Below the pieces are notes generated by a model. That model searched no databases, was not told the origin of the DNA, and was given only the letters and a program-made list of their open reading frames with translations. The position numbers and the translations under genes were made by a program. From Octopus sinensis (lineage: Eukaryota), in the NCBI RefSeq assembly GCF_006345805.1, contig NC_043001.1, positions 15,810,001 to 15,874,000 of the forward strand: a DNA stretch of 64,000 nt, in the 5' to 3' direction. Shown piece by piece: positions 1-11,392 of the stretch (its first letter is position 1; each line of letters begins with the position of its first letter).

Positions 1-204
1 ACAAAACCTGTTACTCTGAGTTTCCCGTTCCCGTTCGTCGGACAGTTTTTTCTAGCAAAAACCGCCCGACGAACGGGAACGGGAAACTCAGAGTAACAGG
101 TTTTGTTGAATTTTCTGCTGCTTTGAAATAAAGCATATTACTCTACCACTGGTATTTGAGTACTCTTTTTTCCACCTTGTTTCACATTTATGTGTTTACT
201 CCAG

Positions 205-205
<1 letters not shown>
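1..205. mobile_element. Penelope-like terminal fragment with perfect 41-bp inverted arms (1-41 / 66-106) and hammerhead-like motif, ending in (TA)n
   Basis: 1-41 is the exact reverse complement of 66-106. The motif reads ctgt-CCGACGA-acgggaacgg-GAAA-ctcaga-GTA-acag on the minus strand of the left arm. Related copy at about 21820-21925. The element is followed directly by (TA)n. Confidence 0.55.
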
Positions 206-244
<39 letters not shown>

Positions 245-310
245 CACACGTATGTATGTATGTATGTATGTATGTATGTATGTATGTATGTATGTATGTA
301 TGTATGTATG
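206..310. repeat. (TA)n + (TATG)n microsatellites
   Basis: Direct reading of the sequence. Confidence 0.95.
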
Positions 311-983
311 CATGCATATATGCTATATACAGACAGACAGAAATACACGCAGATACATGTGTATAAAGTTTGTATTGTATACACAAGGGTGAGCTTACTG
401 AACAGAGAAAACTGCAAGAGAAAGCAAGGCGTACAAAGACCTACATTCTTTTTATAAATTTTATGAATGTAAATGTTTTTATGAATGAAAACTGCCAAGC
501 AAATAAAACTATTTCATTTTAACATACTTTCTCTCGTCTTTCACAGAAAGAAACTCTCGACGCTTTTTACATGTTTGACTAGTAAACCGCCTGATCTGAA
601 AGTGGACTACGTACGTTTGTATACGTGTGTATATGTGTGTATGTATTTACATATTTGTCTATGGACTTGGTAGTTGCATGAATGTGTATGAATAAATGTA
701 AATGAATGAATAATGTTGTGTCTTTGTCTGAATGTACGACCGTGTACAAACGCATACAGACACACACACAGACGAATGTTGGGACAAATACACACACACA
801 CACACCCATTCATTCATTTATTGAGACATACGTAGCCATGTACATTTATGCGATGTTTTTTTTTAGTTTTTGCCTTTCATCTTTTACTTGATTCAGTTAT
901 TACACTGTGGCCATGCTGCAGCGCTGCCTTGAAGATTTTTAGTCAATCGAATCAACCCCAGGAGCTAACGATTCAACATGGCG

Positions 984-1034
<51 letters not shown>

Positions 1035-1038
<4 letters not shown>

Positions 1039-1236
1039 TAATCCAAACGGGAAAACAGAAAAAACAACAACACGTGGAACAATTACAGTATTATTATTAT
1101 TAGGCGCTCAGGAAAATGGAAGAAGGAGAGTATGACGTTTCGAGCGGAGCTCTTCGTCGGAAACATAAGAGAAAGAAAGAAAGATCCCGAGATGGGAGGA
1201 CAGAGGAAAAAAAATTGCAGGTCGTCTTCACGAGGT

Positions 1237-1240
<4 letters not shown>
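1035..1240 (-). mobile_element. ~200-bp non-autonomous Penelope-like element (family P1) with hammerhead-like motif, flanked by (TA)n on both sides
   Basis: Minus strand reads ccgacga-a-gagc-tcc-gctc-gaaac-gtc (1134-1160). Homologous to 8036-8213 and 21572-21773. Confidence 0.6.
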
Positions 1241-1271
<31 letters not shown>

Positions 1272-1274
1272 CGC

Positions 1275-1656
1275 ACATAAGAAAAACACCGAAAACACCA
1301 TATCCGAGCGTGGCCGTCTGCCAGCCTCGTCTGGCACCTGTGTCGGTGGCACATAAAAAAAACACCATCCGAGCGTGGACGTCTGCCAGCCTCGTCTGGC
1401 ACCTGTGTCGGTGGCACATAAAAAAACCATCCGAGCGTGGCCGTCTGCCAGCCTCGTCTGGCACCTGTGTCGGTGGCACATAAAATCACCCACTACAATC
1501 ACAGGGTGGTTGGTGTTAGGAAGGGCATCCAGCTGTAGAAACACTGCCAGATCTGACTGGCCTGGTGTAGCCTTCGGGCTTGCCAGACCCCAGTTGAACC
1601 GTCCAACCCATGCTAGCATGGAAAGCGGACGTTAAACGATGATGATGATGATGATG
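1275..1656 (+). mobile_element. SINE-like element (family D) with (GAT)n tail and an internal ~57-bp unit repeated 3 times
   Basis: Conserved 3' part (gttaggaagggcatccagctgtagaaac...ccaacccatgctagcatggaaagcggacgttaaacgatgatg) recurs at 4415, 5885, 9770, 10920 and 13955. The unit ccatccgagcgtggccgtctgccagcctcgtctggcacctgtgtcggtggcacataaaa occurs x3 at about 1298-1485. Confidence 0.75.
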
Positions 1657-1855
1657 AACGCCATGTTGAATCGTTAGCTCCTGCACGCATTTTTCTCTCT
1701 CCTTGTTTCTTTTCTGTGTATCTTTCTGTTGAAGAGCGTAGGCTCGAAACGTAAAAGACTTGTTCTATTTCTATTCCTGAGCGCCATACTAATACAATTG
1801 TTTGTTTGTACTCCACCAGCCTTCGTTTTTGTTTATTTTCGTAAACCTTCCCGTT
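1657..1855 (+). mobile_element. Family P1 Penelope-like mini-element with hammerhead-like motif, ending in (TA)n
   Basis: 1721-1758 reads tcttt-CTGTTGA-a-gagc-gtag-gctc-GAAAC-GTA-aaaga, with paired stems I and II. Shares the cctgagcg...taatac tail with other P1 copies. Confidence 0.6.
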
Positions 1856-1872
1856 ATATATATATGTGCTGT

Positions 1873-2136
1873 TGTTGTATTTAGGAATGGTCATGTTGTC
1901 AGTTTAGCCAATAACAGCACATGCACTATATATTTGGAGTTAATTTGCTTCAGCTTGATTTATTTATTACATTAATCTTAATCTTATTTCGGCCAGAGTT
2001 CTTTCGTCACACTTCTGTGACCTCATCAGTGGTCTTTTGATTTCTTCTTTCTTATTTGCGTGTCTCTCCTTACTAACGGTCAGCCATTTTGTTTTTATTG
2101 GCTAAACTGGCAACACGACCATTCCTAAATACAACA
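1873..2136 (-). mobile_element. Penelope-like pLTR fragment with 42-bp inverted repeat enclosing a hammerhead ribozyme
   Basis: 1873-1914 and 2095-2136 are inverted copies with 2 mismatches. A canonical hammerhead core lies between them. Confidence 0.6.
1991..2034 (-). ncRNA. Type-I minimal hammerhead ribozyme motif
   Basis: Minus strand: gacca-CUGAUGA-G-GUCACA-gaag-UGUGAC-GAAA-G-aa-C-UC|uggcc. Intact core, perfect 6-bp stem II, 2-bp stem III, stem I 4/5 bp, CUC cleavage triplet. Confidence 0.7.
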
Positions 2137-2673
2137 TCTGTTTCAACACACGATTTCACATCAAGAATCTTGCAAAACAAATATATAAACGTATATACAC
2201 ACACACAAATATTTTATATAAGCACTGTTACTTTTTCTTCCAGGCTTCTACTGCCGAACCGCTAAGTTACAGAGACCATAAACACGCCAACACCGGTTGG
2301 CAAGCGGTAGTGGAGGACAAACACACACACACATACACATATATTGTGTGTGTGTGTGTGTGTGTGTGTGTATTTTCAAGCTTTTCTTTTATTTGTTTCA
2401 GTCATTAGACTGCGGCCATGCTAGAGCACTGCTATTTCTGCCGAGCAAATCCACTCCAGTACTTCATTTTTGTAAAACCTGGTACTTATTCTATCGATAT
2501 CGTTTGCCGAACCGATATAACCCTGCGCTAAAGTAGAAAACGTACAAAGTACCACGCATTGAGACTGAACCCGAAACCATGTGGCTGGAAAGCAAATTTC
2601 TTACCACACAGCCACATTTACGTGCATGAATGTATGCTTGTGTGTATGAATGTTTGTATGCATATTCTGTATC

Positions 2674-2811
2674 CGCTAGCGTAGCTAGAGTGTGTGTCGC
2701 CCAGGACGGCCCTTCCGTTTGTTACCCCGGACCCTAAAAAAAAATCACATACTACCTAAGCAGACCCAAAAGTGCCGCCCCTACTGCCCCACCACCCTAG
2801 CTACGCCAGTG
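2674..2811. mobile_element. hAT-like MITE (138 bp) with 8-bp TSD
   Basis: Terminal inverted repeats (TIRs) cgctagcgtagctag / ctagctacgccagtg match at 13/15. TSD tctgtatc at 2666-2673 and 2812-2819. Confidence 0.75.
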
Positions 2812-2886
2812 TCTGTATCTATAGAAATATTAAACCTTATAATTTAAATATATATGCATGTGTGTGTATATGTCTGCGTATTTGTA

Positions 2887-3144
2887 AAGGGTAAAAGTAA
2901 AGGCCCTACTCTCGGTCACGAATGACCATAGGGTCGCACCTAGAAAGTTACCCACCGAGGCACAAGTCCGAGTAAGGTTGTTCATGGAAGACCAGCAGTC
3001 ACCCATGCGTATCAGTCTCCCCCTCTGCACGGGACCGATGTTATCCAAGAGAAAGGCAAAGGGACCGATACAGCTTGGCATCAGTGACTCCTTGCAACAT
3101 ATTTCTACGGCTGAGTGAACTGGAGCAACGTGAAATAAAGTGTC
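2887..3144 (-). mobile_element. SINE family E (core + tail), truncated at the MITE
   Basis: Homologous to 21278-21550. The core gctgagtgaactggagcaacgtgaaataaagtg is also seen at about 50048. Confidence 0.7.
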
Positions 3145-3552
3145 GGATCTTTTCGGTCTGAACGGCAGTTTTTTCTAGCGGTGTCATATGAAATTTTCAC
3201 CCATAATTATGATCCCAGTATCGATCTATTGCATTTCAATCTGTTTTAGGGTTAGGGGTGGGTGAAAGGGTATCTTTTTTTTCTTCAGAAATGTAAATAA
3301 ACCCAATCTGTTTCTTAAACGAGGGACATATTCATACGGCACAGAATGTTTTCACCTCAATAGACGTCATTGATTGGTTGAAATTGCAGAAATTGAAGAA
3401 AAAACAACAAATATCTTACAAACTATAGAATTTTCTCAATAAAGCCAAGAGAAAAAGATGTTTTATAAACACATTCTACCAGTATACGAAGTTTAAAAGT
3501 TTTTAGTCACGTGGAAATTATTTTAAAAAACTGCCGTTCAAACCGAAAAGAT
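3145..3552. mobile_element. MITE family M (TIR ggatcttttcggtttgaacggcagtttt), ~410 bp
   Basis: Both TIRs present. Interior matches 11944-12357 in the opposite orientation. No clear TSD in this copy. Confidence 0.85.
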
Positions 3553-3838
3553 GTCTGTGTTGTAATTGCATTGCCTTTTATTTCTCTAATTTCACTTAAA
3601 TCTGATATGCTTTATAGAAATATTAAACCGACTGTTGTTTCTAGCAGGCGGGGAGAGACGCTTGCATTTGTCTGTTAGTGTGTGTGTTAAAGCGACACAT
3701 TTCTCTGATAACTACAAACGGCTGAAATATTTGAAAATAGAACGTGCGTATATGTGTGTGTGTGGCGTGTATAATAAACATATAATAATCTCATTCAACA
3801 CTAGCATCATTTTATGTATATGTCAATATATATATATA

Positions 3839-3880
<42 letters not shown>

Positions 3881-4285
3881 TAGAGAGATAGATACCTAGA
3901 TACGCACATGTATGTGTGTATGGTTCAACAAATATCTTTGTGTATGTATGGATACATATATATAGATGTACGTATGTAATAGCAAAATCTGAATGGGTAT
4001 ATATATATTTATTATATACAGGGAGAATATAAAACCCTCTTCAACGGGTTTTTATAGAAAACATGCACATACCCACACATTCTCTCTCTCGCTCGTACAC
4101 AGACACAAATGTGTGTGTGTGTGTGTGTGTCTGTGTGTAGATGTGAAAACAATGAATGAGAATCGCCGGCCAGGCAGAAAGAGTTCGTTGGAACTGGAAA
4201 TATATACAGGAGCCAAGCAACGAGCCAGAAAGATAAAGGTAATATGTACGTGCGTATATATTTCATTTCACACACAGAGAGAAAA

Positions 4286-4326
<41 letters not shown>

Positions 4327-4414
4327 TATTTACCTAAACACACTCCTATATTGTTATTGCCTTCAGCCAGAGGCAATGGGCATGCTGGGACACCATTATA
4401 TATATATATATATC

Positions 4415-4710
4415 ATCATCATTTAACGTCCGCTTTCCACACTAGCATGGGTTGGACGAATGACTGAGGGCTGGCGAACCAGATGGCTGCACCAGGCTTC
4501 AATCTTGATTATAGTAGAGTTTCTACAGCTGGATGCCTTTCCTATCGCCAACCACTCCAAGAGTGTAGCGGGTGCTTTTACGTGCCACCGGTACGGGGCC
4601 AGTCAGGCGGTACTGGCAACGACCTCGCTAGAATCTTTTACACATGCCACCGGCACGGAGGCCAGATAGCCACTCTGGCAACGATCACGCTCGGATGGTG
4701 CTGGTAACGC
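4415..4710 (-). mobile_element. SINE-like family D copy
   Basis: catcatcatttaacgtccgctttcc...ctacagctggatgcc; homologous to 1490-1656. Confidence 0.75.
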
Positions 4711-4722
4711 TATATATATATA

Positions 4723-4763
<41 letters not shown>

Positions 4764-4765
<2 letters not shown>

Positions 4766-5150
4766 GGCACAGGCGTGGCTGTGTGGTAAGAAGCTTGCTT
4801 CCCAACCACACGGTTTCGGGTTAAGTCGACTGCATGGTACCTTGAGGCAGGTGTCTTCTACTTGTGAGTGGACTTCGTAGACGGAAACTGAAAGAAGCCT
4901 GTCATGCACATATATATATATATATATCACAAAGACTCACATACGTTTGTTTTTATGCAAGTGTGTCTTTGTCTGTCCCCTACCCCATCGCTTGCCAACC
5001 AATATCGATGTGCTTACGTCCCCATAACTTAGCAGTTCGGCAAAAGAGGCCGACGGAATAAGTACTAAGTCGATTTCTTCACCTAAAACCCTTTAAGGTG
5101 GTACTCCAGTATGGCCACAGTCAAATGATTCAAACAAGTAAAAGAACATA
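4764..5150 (+). mobile_element. tRNA-derived SINE family A (degenerate)
   Basis: Head gtggctgtgtggtaag...gggtt and tail ...cagtcaaatgattcaaacaagtaaaag. Confidence 0.75.
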
Positions 5151-5179
5151 TATATGTATACATATATATACATACACAT

Positions 5180-5372
5180 ACATAAATCCCAAAAAGAACA
5201 TACACAAAACAAAAATGACAACGCAATGTGAAGTATTAGCAGATGCTCAGGGAAGGAAAGAAAGATGGTTTAATGTTTCGAGCAAACGCTCTTCTTCGGA
5301 AACAGAGGGAAGTCAAATAGAAAGAAAAACAGAGGAAGAAAATCGCCAACGATTCACATGTGGTTACATTTT
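5180..5372 (-). mobile_element. Family P1 Penelope-like mini-element
   Basis: Minus strand reads gttt-ccgaaga-a-gagc-gttt-gctc-gaaac-att-aaac. Confidence 0.55.
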
Positions 5373-5884
5373 GTACATGTATATAATGCACATATGAAAA
5401 TATCACATGAAATGCAACTGTATTTGAATATATAGTGAAACTTTCGTTATTGGAGGCCGTTCCCAAAAGCCAATTGTCACTCAAAATGTTCATAAACCCA
5501 AACTATTCCCCCCCCCCGTTTGAGATTCAAGGGAAATCATGGCAAATCAAGCTGAGGTGTGCATCAAATTAATGCTAGACAGCAACTGATGCTCTTCCCT
5601 GGTCTTTCCAAGAGAATTTTGTCTTTCATTGCAAAGGAATTTGAAAGCACTGACCCACTGGGTACATTTGTTCATAGGAAATGTATGCACACACACACAA
5701 CATGTAAATTTATATAACCTTTTAGTGCTCAGATTTATTCTGTTAACTGTATTCCTTACTTATTCACATAGTTTTGAATGAATCATGCATTATCTTCTAG
5801 CTTCAAGATTTTGATGATGAGGTGGTTTATGTTTAGAATGACATTGTAGGGTAGATGTGAAAGGCCAGATCCGACTTGCTTGAT

Positions 5885-6200
5885 CATCATCATCATCATT
5901 TAACGCCCACTTTCCATGCTAGCATGGGTTGGACGATTTGACTGAGGTCTAGCAAACCAGACTCCAATCTGATCTGGCTGAGTTTCTACAGCTGGATGCC
6001 CTTCCTAACACCAACCACTCCGAGAGTGTAGTGGGTGCTTTTACGTGCCACCGGCATGAGGGCCAGTTTGGTTGTATTGGCAATGGCCATGCCCAAATGG
6101 TGCTTTTTATGTGCCACCTGCACAGGAGCCAGTTCAGCAGTACTGGCGACGACCTCGCTCGAATGTTTCACGTGCCACCAGCACAAGTGCTAGTAAGGCG
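5885..6200 (-). mobile_element. SINE-like family D copy
   Basis: (cat)n tail plus the conserved family-D 3' region. Confidence 0.75.
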
Positions 6201-6662
6201 ATGCGGTAAACATAAAAACAGGTAAAATATTTTGGCTGGTTATGGCTGGTTTAAATGCTAAGGGGTGAAACCGCGATAATCCAGAATTCACTAATTTGGC
6301 AGCGATGATCATTGGAGACAAGTGACATGAACCTGGCAAACATGATTTGCATAACACCTGCCTGATTAGTTACCTTGGCCCATAGTATATAGGTCAGTCA
6401 TAGCTGATTTTCAGTGGTAAGATGCTGTTATACTGCTTTTAACCATTTTGATACCATCCAGTCTGAGACTGCCTGTTTGAAAGTAATCTAAATTAAACCC
6501 ATTCATTAAAATGTCACGTTAATTTATTTACCAAGCAAAGGTGGTATATTCCAACAGCTATATGATAATAATAATAGAGTTAAAGTGATAAAAATTAAAA
6601 CCACCTATCAATAATTTATGCTTCAAACACCAGATTAAAAGTGATAATAATATTTTACCCTT

Positions 6663-6872
6663 GGAGGTGCAATGGCCTAGTGGTTAGGGCAGCGGACTCA
6701 CGGTCGGAGTATCGTAGTTTCGATTCCTAGACTGGGCGTTGTGTGTGTTTATTGAGCGAAAATACCTAAAGTTCCACAAGGCTCCAGCAGAGGGTGGTGG
6801 GCACCCCTGTTATACTCTTTCGCCCCAACTTTCTCTCACTCTTTCTTCCTGTTTCTTGAGTAACACTGTGAT
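6663..6872 (+). mobile_element. tRNA-derived SINE family B (5' part)
   Basis: ggaggtgcaatggcctagtggttagggcagcggactc...gtttcgattcc (A-box and B-box), followed by the family B core. Confidence 0.75.
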
Positions 6873-7415
6873 GGGCTGCCCAAGGTGCCATGCAGTGGGA
6901 CTGAACCTGGAACCATGTGCTTGGTAAGCAAGCTACTTACCACACAGCCACTCCTGTACCTATAGTTAATAAATAAATTATAAGTATTTAAAAATAGGGG
7001 GTTATTTTTCAATCACCCTGTATACATCTGTGTGTTTATGAAACAAATTTATGATGCATGGTACAGAGAACAAGTTATGACTGCAGGAGATGGCAGTGTG
7101 GGTGGGGACAGGGTTGGTGGAGATAAGAAATGGAGGGAGGGGGAGAGGAGGGGGAGAAAGAGAAAAGAAAAGCGAGAGAGAAAGAAGTTTGAATGATAAA
7201 GATAGGAAGGAGATATCAAGGAGCTTAGGACCCACTGGAGGGGATGTGTGCATGCGTGAGTGTGTGTGTGTGTACATTAATGTACACACAGATACAAGCA
7301 TACATATATATATATACACACACACATACATGTAAATACACAAAAATATATATATATACACACTCACATATACACATATTCGTATGTGTGTGTATATAAT
7401 GTATATATATATATA

Positions 7416-7799
7416 CTCTTTTACTTGTTTCAGTCATTTGACTGCGGCCATGCTGGAGCACCGCCTTTAGTCGAGAAAATCGACCCCAGAACTTATTCTT
7501 TGTAAGCCCAGTACTTATTCTATCGGTCTCTTATGCCGAACCGCTAAGTTACGGGGACGTACACACACCAGCATCAGTTGCCAAGCAATATTGGGGGGAC
7601 AAACACAGGCACACACACACATATATATATATATACGACGGGCTTCTTTCAGTTTCCGTCTACCAAATCCACTCACAAGGCATTGGTCGGCCCGGGGCTA
7701 TAGTAGAAGACACTTGCCCAAGGTGCCACGCAGTGGGACTGAACCCGCAACCATGTGGTTAGTTAGCAAACTACTTACCACATAGCCACTCCTGCGCCT
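7416..7799 (-). mobile_element. Full-length tRNA-derived SINE family A
   Basis: Complete match to 44295-44704 and 61969-62390. Pol III A-box tggctatgtggt and B-box ggttcagtcc; internal (TA)/(TG) tract; gtaaaagag tail. Confidence 0.9.
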
Positions 7800-8035
7800 A
7801 TATATACATATATATATGTATTACACGCACACATATATAGACATATCCAAACAGTCATACACATACACAATTTATTTGCCACAAGTGTGATGAATGAGGC
7901 AACATTACAAGGATGTATCACAAAGATGGCTGATGGTAGGTGGCGGCAGTAGGGAAGATGGTCTGTATAGTTTTAGAACTGGGGATGAGGGTGGCATGTA
8001 CCATCTTCTAACTCAACCTCATATATACATATATA

Positions 8036-8213
8036 TGTGACTGCATGTGTACCGTTGGCGATTTTGTTTTTCCCTCTGTCTTCCATTCTCTGGATCTTTC
8101 CGACGAAGAGCTCCGCTCGAAACATTAAACCCTCCTTCTTTCCTGAGCATCCAATAATACTATATTTGTTCCATGTCCTCACATTGTTGTGTTTTCATGT
8201 TTGGATTAACTTT
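8036..8213 (+). mobile_element. Family P1 Penelope-like mini-element
   Basis: ttt-ccgacga-a-gagc-tcc-gctc-gaaac-att-aaa (8097-8130). Ends in tttggattaac + TA. Confidence 0.6.
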
Positions 8214-8323
8214 ATATAATTATAAATGAGAAAACCGCGCGGTGGCAGAGGATTTTGAAAATTTAGAGCATATAGGCTTGAGGCTTCCTTGCTGTAACCT
8301 CGTGGACATATTCTCGTCCTAGG

Positions 8324-8420
8324 CTTCTCTGATGATAAGACATGCCAGTTGTAAGCAAATTTAATATAATTTAATTAATTTGTTTACCAAAGTTTGTCGA
8401 AACTATGCATAGTCCAGAGA
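8324..8420 (+). ncRNA. Hammerhead-like motif with long stem II and palindromic stem III
   Basis: cttct-CTGATGA-taa-gaca...gtaagcaaatt/aatttgtttac...tgtc-GAAA-ctatgcatag-TC-cagaga. Confidence 0.4.
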
Positions 8421-8545
8421 TGAAAAGGGTAATTGTTTTTATTTCTCTTCCAATTTCAGAATTACAACTATTTAGTGGTTTGAGTTTGGCTGCTCTTTCT
8501 AGTGAGTCAAATGGCCTATCAGGGCCATTCCTTATATTGTTGATA

Positions 8546-8581
<36 letters not shown>

Positions 8582-8853
8582 CAAAATGGGACGAGACCGC
8601 TAAACATTCAAAAAGGCGATACAAAAAACACAGACGGGTCATTCGAAGCCTCTAATCTTCAGTCAAGAACCGGATCATCCTCGCTAGTCCCTTAATATTT
8701 GATATTCAACATTTCATCTATTCAATAAGACAATCAATACTTCATTTCATTTTACTATATATATATTATAAAGAATATAAATAAAGCATAAAAAACAGAG
8801 TTGGAATTTCTTTGAATAATATATATCCCTCTATACACAATCATACAAACCCC

Positions 8854-8927
<74 letters not shown>

Positions 8928-9369
8928 AGGGAGAGAGGGAGGGCTGGAGTAGAACAATTTCCTCCTAGTTGGGAATCTACTTCAAGAAGCTATCTTGTCC
9001 TCTTCCTCCTCCTTAACCCTTCCCATCATCTCCTGTGTTTTGATGTTTTATTCTTTAATGTGAGATAAGGGGATGCAAGAGGAAGAGGACTCAGGCACAG
9101 GAGGAGACAGCCGGCAGACGGAGAGGGGTGGGGGGCGGTTTCTTCCCTTAATTCTTTCCATCGTTCTGCGTACCCCAGCAAAAAAAGGGGAATCAAAACA
9201 CACACACACAATTAAACATACATACACATAATTATATACACACACACACAATTATACATACATATAATTATATACACACACACACACACATACGAGGAAG
9301 AGTCAGAAAGTAATGCAATTAAAAACCACATTACTTCTTGAACCACTTTTGTGTGCGTGTGTGTGTGTG

Positions 9370-9408
<39 letters not shown>

Positions 9409-9709
9409 GTGGGTGTATGTGTGTGTGTGTATGTATATAATATATATATATGTGTGTGTATGTGTGTGTTCTTTTACTGGTTTCAGTCGTTTGACTGTGG
9501 CCATGCTGGAGCACCAACTCGAAGGGTTTTAGTCGAACAAAGTGACCCCAGGACTTATTTTTAAGCCTAATACTTATTCTATTGGACGCAAAGACACACA
9601 CATTGATATATACATATACATATATATATATTTTCAACAATAAAGGGTAAAATTAATTAATTAATTAATTAATAATCAATAATTTTACCAAGTAGTTTCT
9701 TTCCTCTAA

Positions 9710-9741
9710 AAATCGGCATGAACTTTCTGGACAACCCAATA
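9710..9741. mobile_element. Solo mariner TIR
   Basis: aaatcggcatgaactttctggacaacccaata matches the TIR of the 57605-58164 element. Confidence 0.75.
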
Positions 9742-10510
9742 CATAAAAAGCACCCAGTATACTGTTTAGGGGGTGGTGTTAGGAAGGGCATCAAGCTGTA
9801 AAATATATTGCCAAAGCAGACAATAGAATCTGGTATGGCCCTCTGGCTTGTCTGTTCTTACTGACCCATCCAACCCATGCCAGCAGGGGAAAAGGGGACA
9901 TTAAATGATGATTTATATATATATATATAAAAGTGTATCCTTCACTTCTTTCAGTCATTAGACTACAGCCATGCTGGAGCATTGCGTTGAAGAATTTCTT
10001 GGTCAGATGAATGAATCCCAGTATATACTTTTCTTTTTAAACATTGGTACTTATTCTATTGAACTCTTTTTGCCAAACTGCTAGGTGACAGGGACATAAG
10101 CAAACTAACTATGGTTGTCAAGCAATGGTGGGACACAAACATGTACACACATATCATTAACATCATTTTGTGTCTGCTTTCCGTGCTGGCATGGGTTAGA
10201 CAATTTGACTGAAACTGATAAGCTGTTTTGGTGTCTACAGCTGGATGCCCTTCCTAATGTGCCAACCACTCCAAGAGTGTAATATATAAAAATATATGTA
10301 TGTATATACATGACAAGCTTCTTTCAGTTTCCGTCTACCAAATACACTCCCAAGGCTTTGATCACGCCAAGGTCATTGATGATACTTGTCCAAGATGCCA
10401 CACAGTGGAACTGAACCTAGAACCATGTGGATGGGAAGCAAACTTTTACCCACATGGCCATGCATATAAAACTTGTCTTAAAATAAGACCCTACCAGTAT
10501 AAAAATAATG

Positions 10511-10545
<35 letters not shown>

Positions 10546-11040
10546 ATGACTTGTACATAATGCCTGAAAATAGTAAAAACAATTACTGGCAGTCATGTCT
10601 AGAAGATCTGATCATAGCTTTACTTTTTAGGGAAGACCTAGGGCCAAACAGCAATAAAAACTACTTTAGTTTTCAATTGAAGGGTTGAGAAAGGATCTTT
10701 GGATGCTGGGCCTCAGTGAGGAAATGACAAGGGACCGGGAGATGTGACAATTTGCTGTACTTGATAAGACTCGTAAAGCTAAGTAAAACCACTGATTTGC
10801 ACACATAAAGGTTTGTCCCTCCAGTAGCCAGTGCCACGTAAAAAGCACCTGTGCTGGTGCTACGTAAATGCACCCGTGCTGGTGGCACATAAAAAGCAGC
10901 CAGTACACACTGTTAAGTGGTTGGTGTTAGGAAAGGCATCCAGCCATAGAAACCATGCCAAAACAGGCAATCAGAGTTTGGACAGCTCCCTGCTAGAAGG
11001 CTCCACATCAAGCTGTCTAATCCATGCCAGCATGGAAAGC

Positions 11041-11392
11041 ACTCTTTTACTTGTTTCGGTCATTTGACATCGGCCATGCTGGAAATCGACCCCAGGACTT
11101 TTTCTTTGTAAGCCTAGTACATATTCTATTTGTCTCTTTTGCCAAACCGATAAGTTACAGGGACGTAAACACACCAGCATTAGTTGTCAACCGATGTTGG
11201 GGGAACAAACACAGACACACAAATATATACACACACACATACATACATATATATAAACATATATACGACGGGCTTCTTTCAGTTTCCATCTACCAAATCC
11301 ACTCACAAGGCTTTGGTTGGCCTGAGACTATTGTAGAAGACACTTGCCCTAGGTGCCACACAGTGGGATTGAACCCGCCACTCCTGCGCCTA
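11041..11392 (-). mobile_element. SINE family A (internally deleted)
   Basis: Matches 7416-7799 with deletions. Confidence 0.85.

Noticed and set aside
138-498. ORFs rich in YI/HT/VCMY (and dozens like them throughout the window)
   Set aside because: They are translations of (TA)n, (CA)n and (TATG)n microsatellites.
1298-1485. CRISPR-like periodic repeat
   Set aside because: Whole units are repeated with no unique spacers; it lies within a SINE in a eukaryotic context.
8630-8665. Hammerhead on minus strand (CTGAAGA...GAAT; similar at about 59020-59048)
   Set aside because: GAAT instead of GAAA and no convincing stem II.
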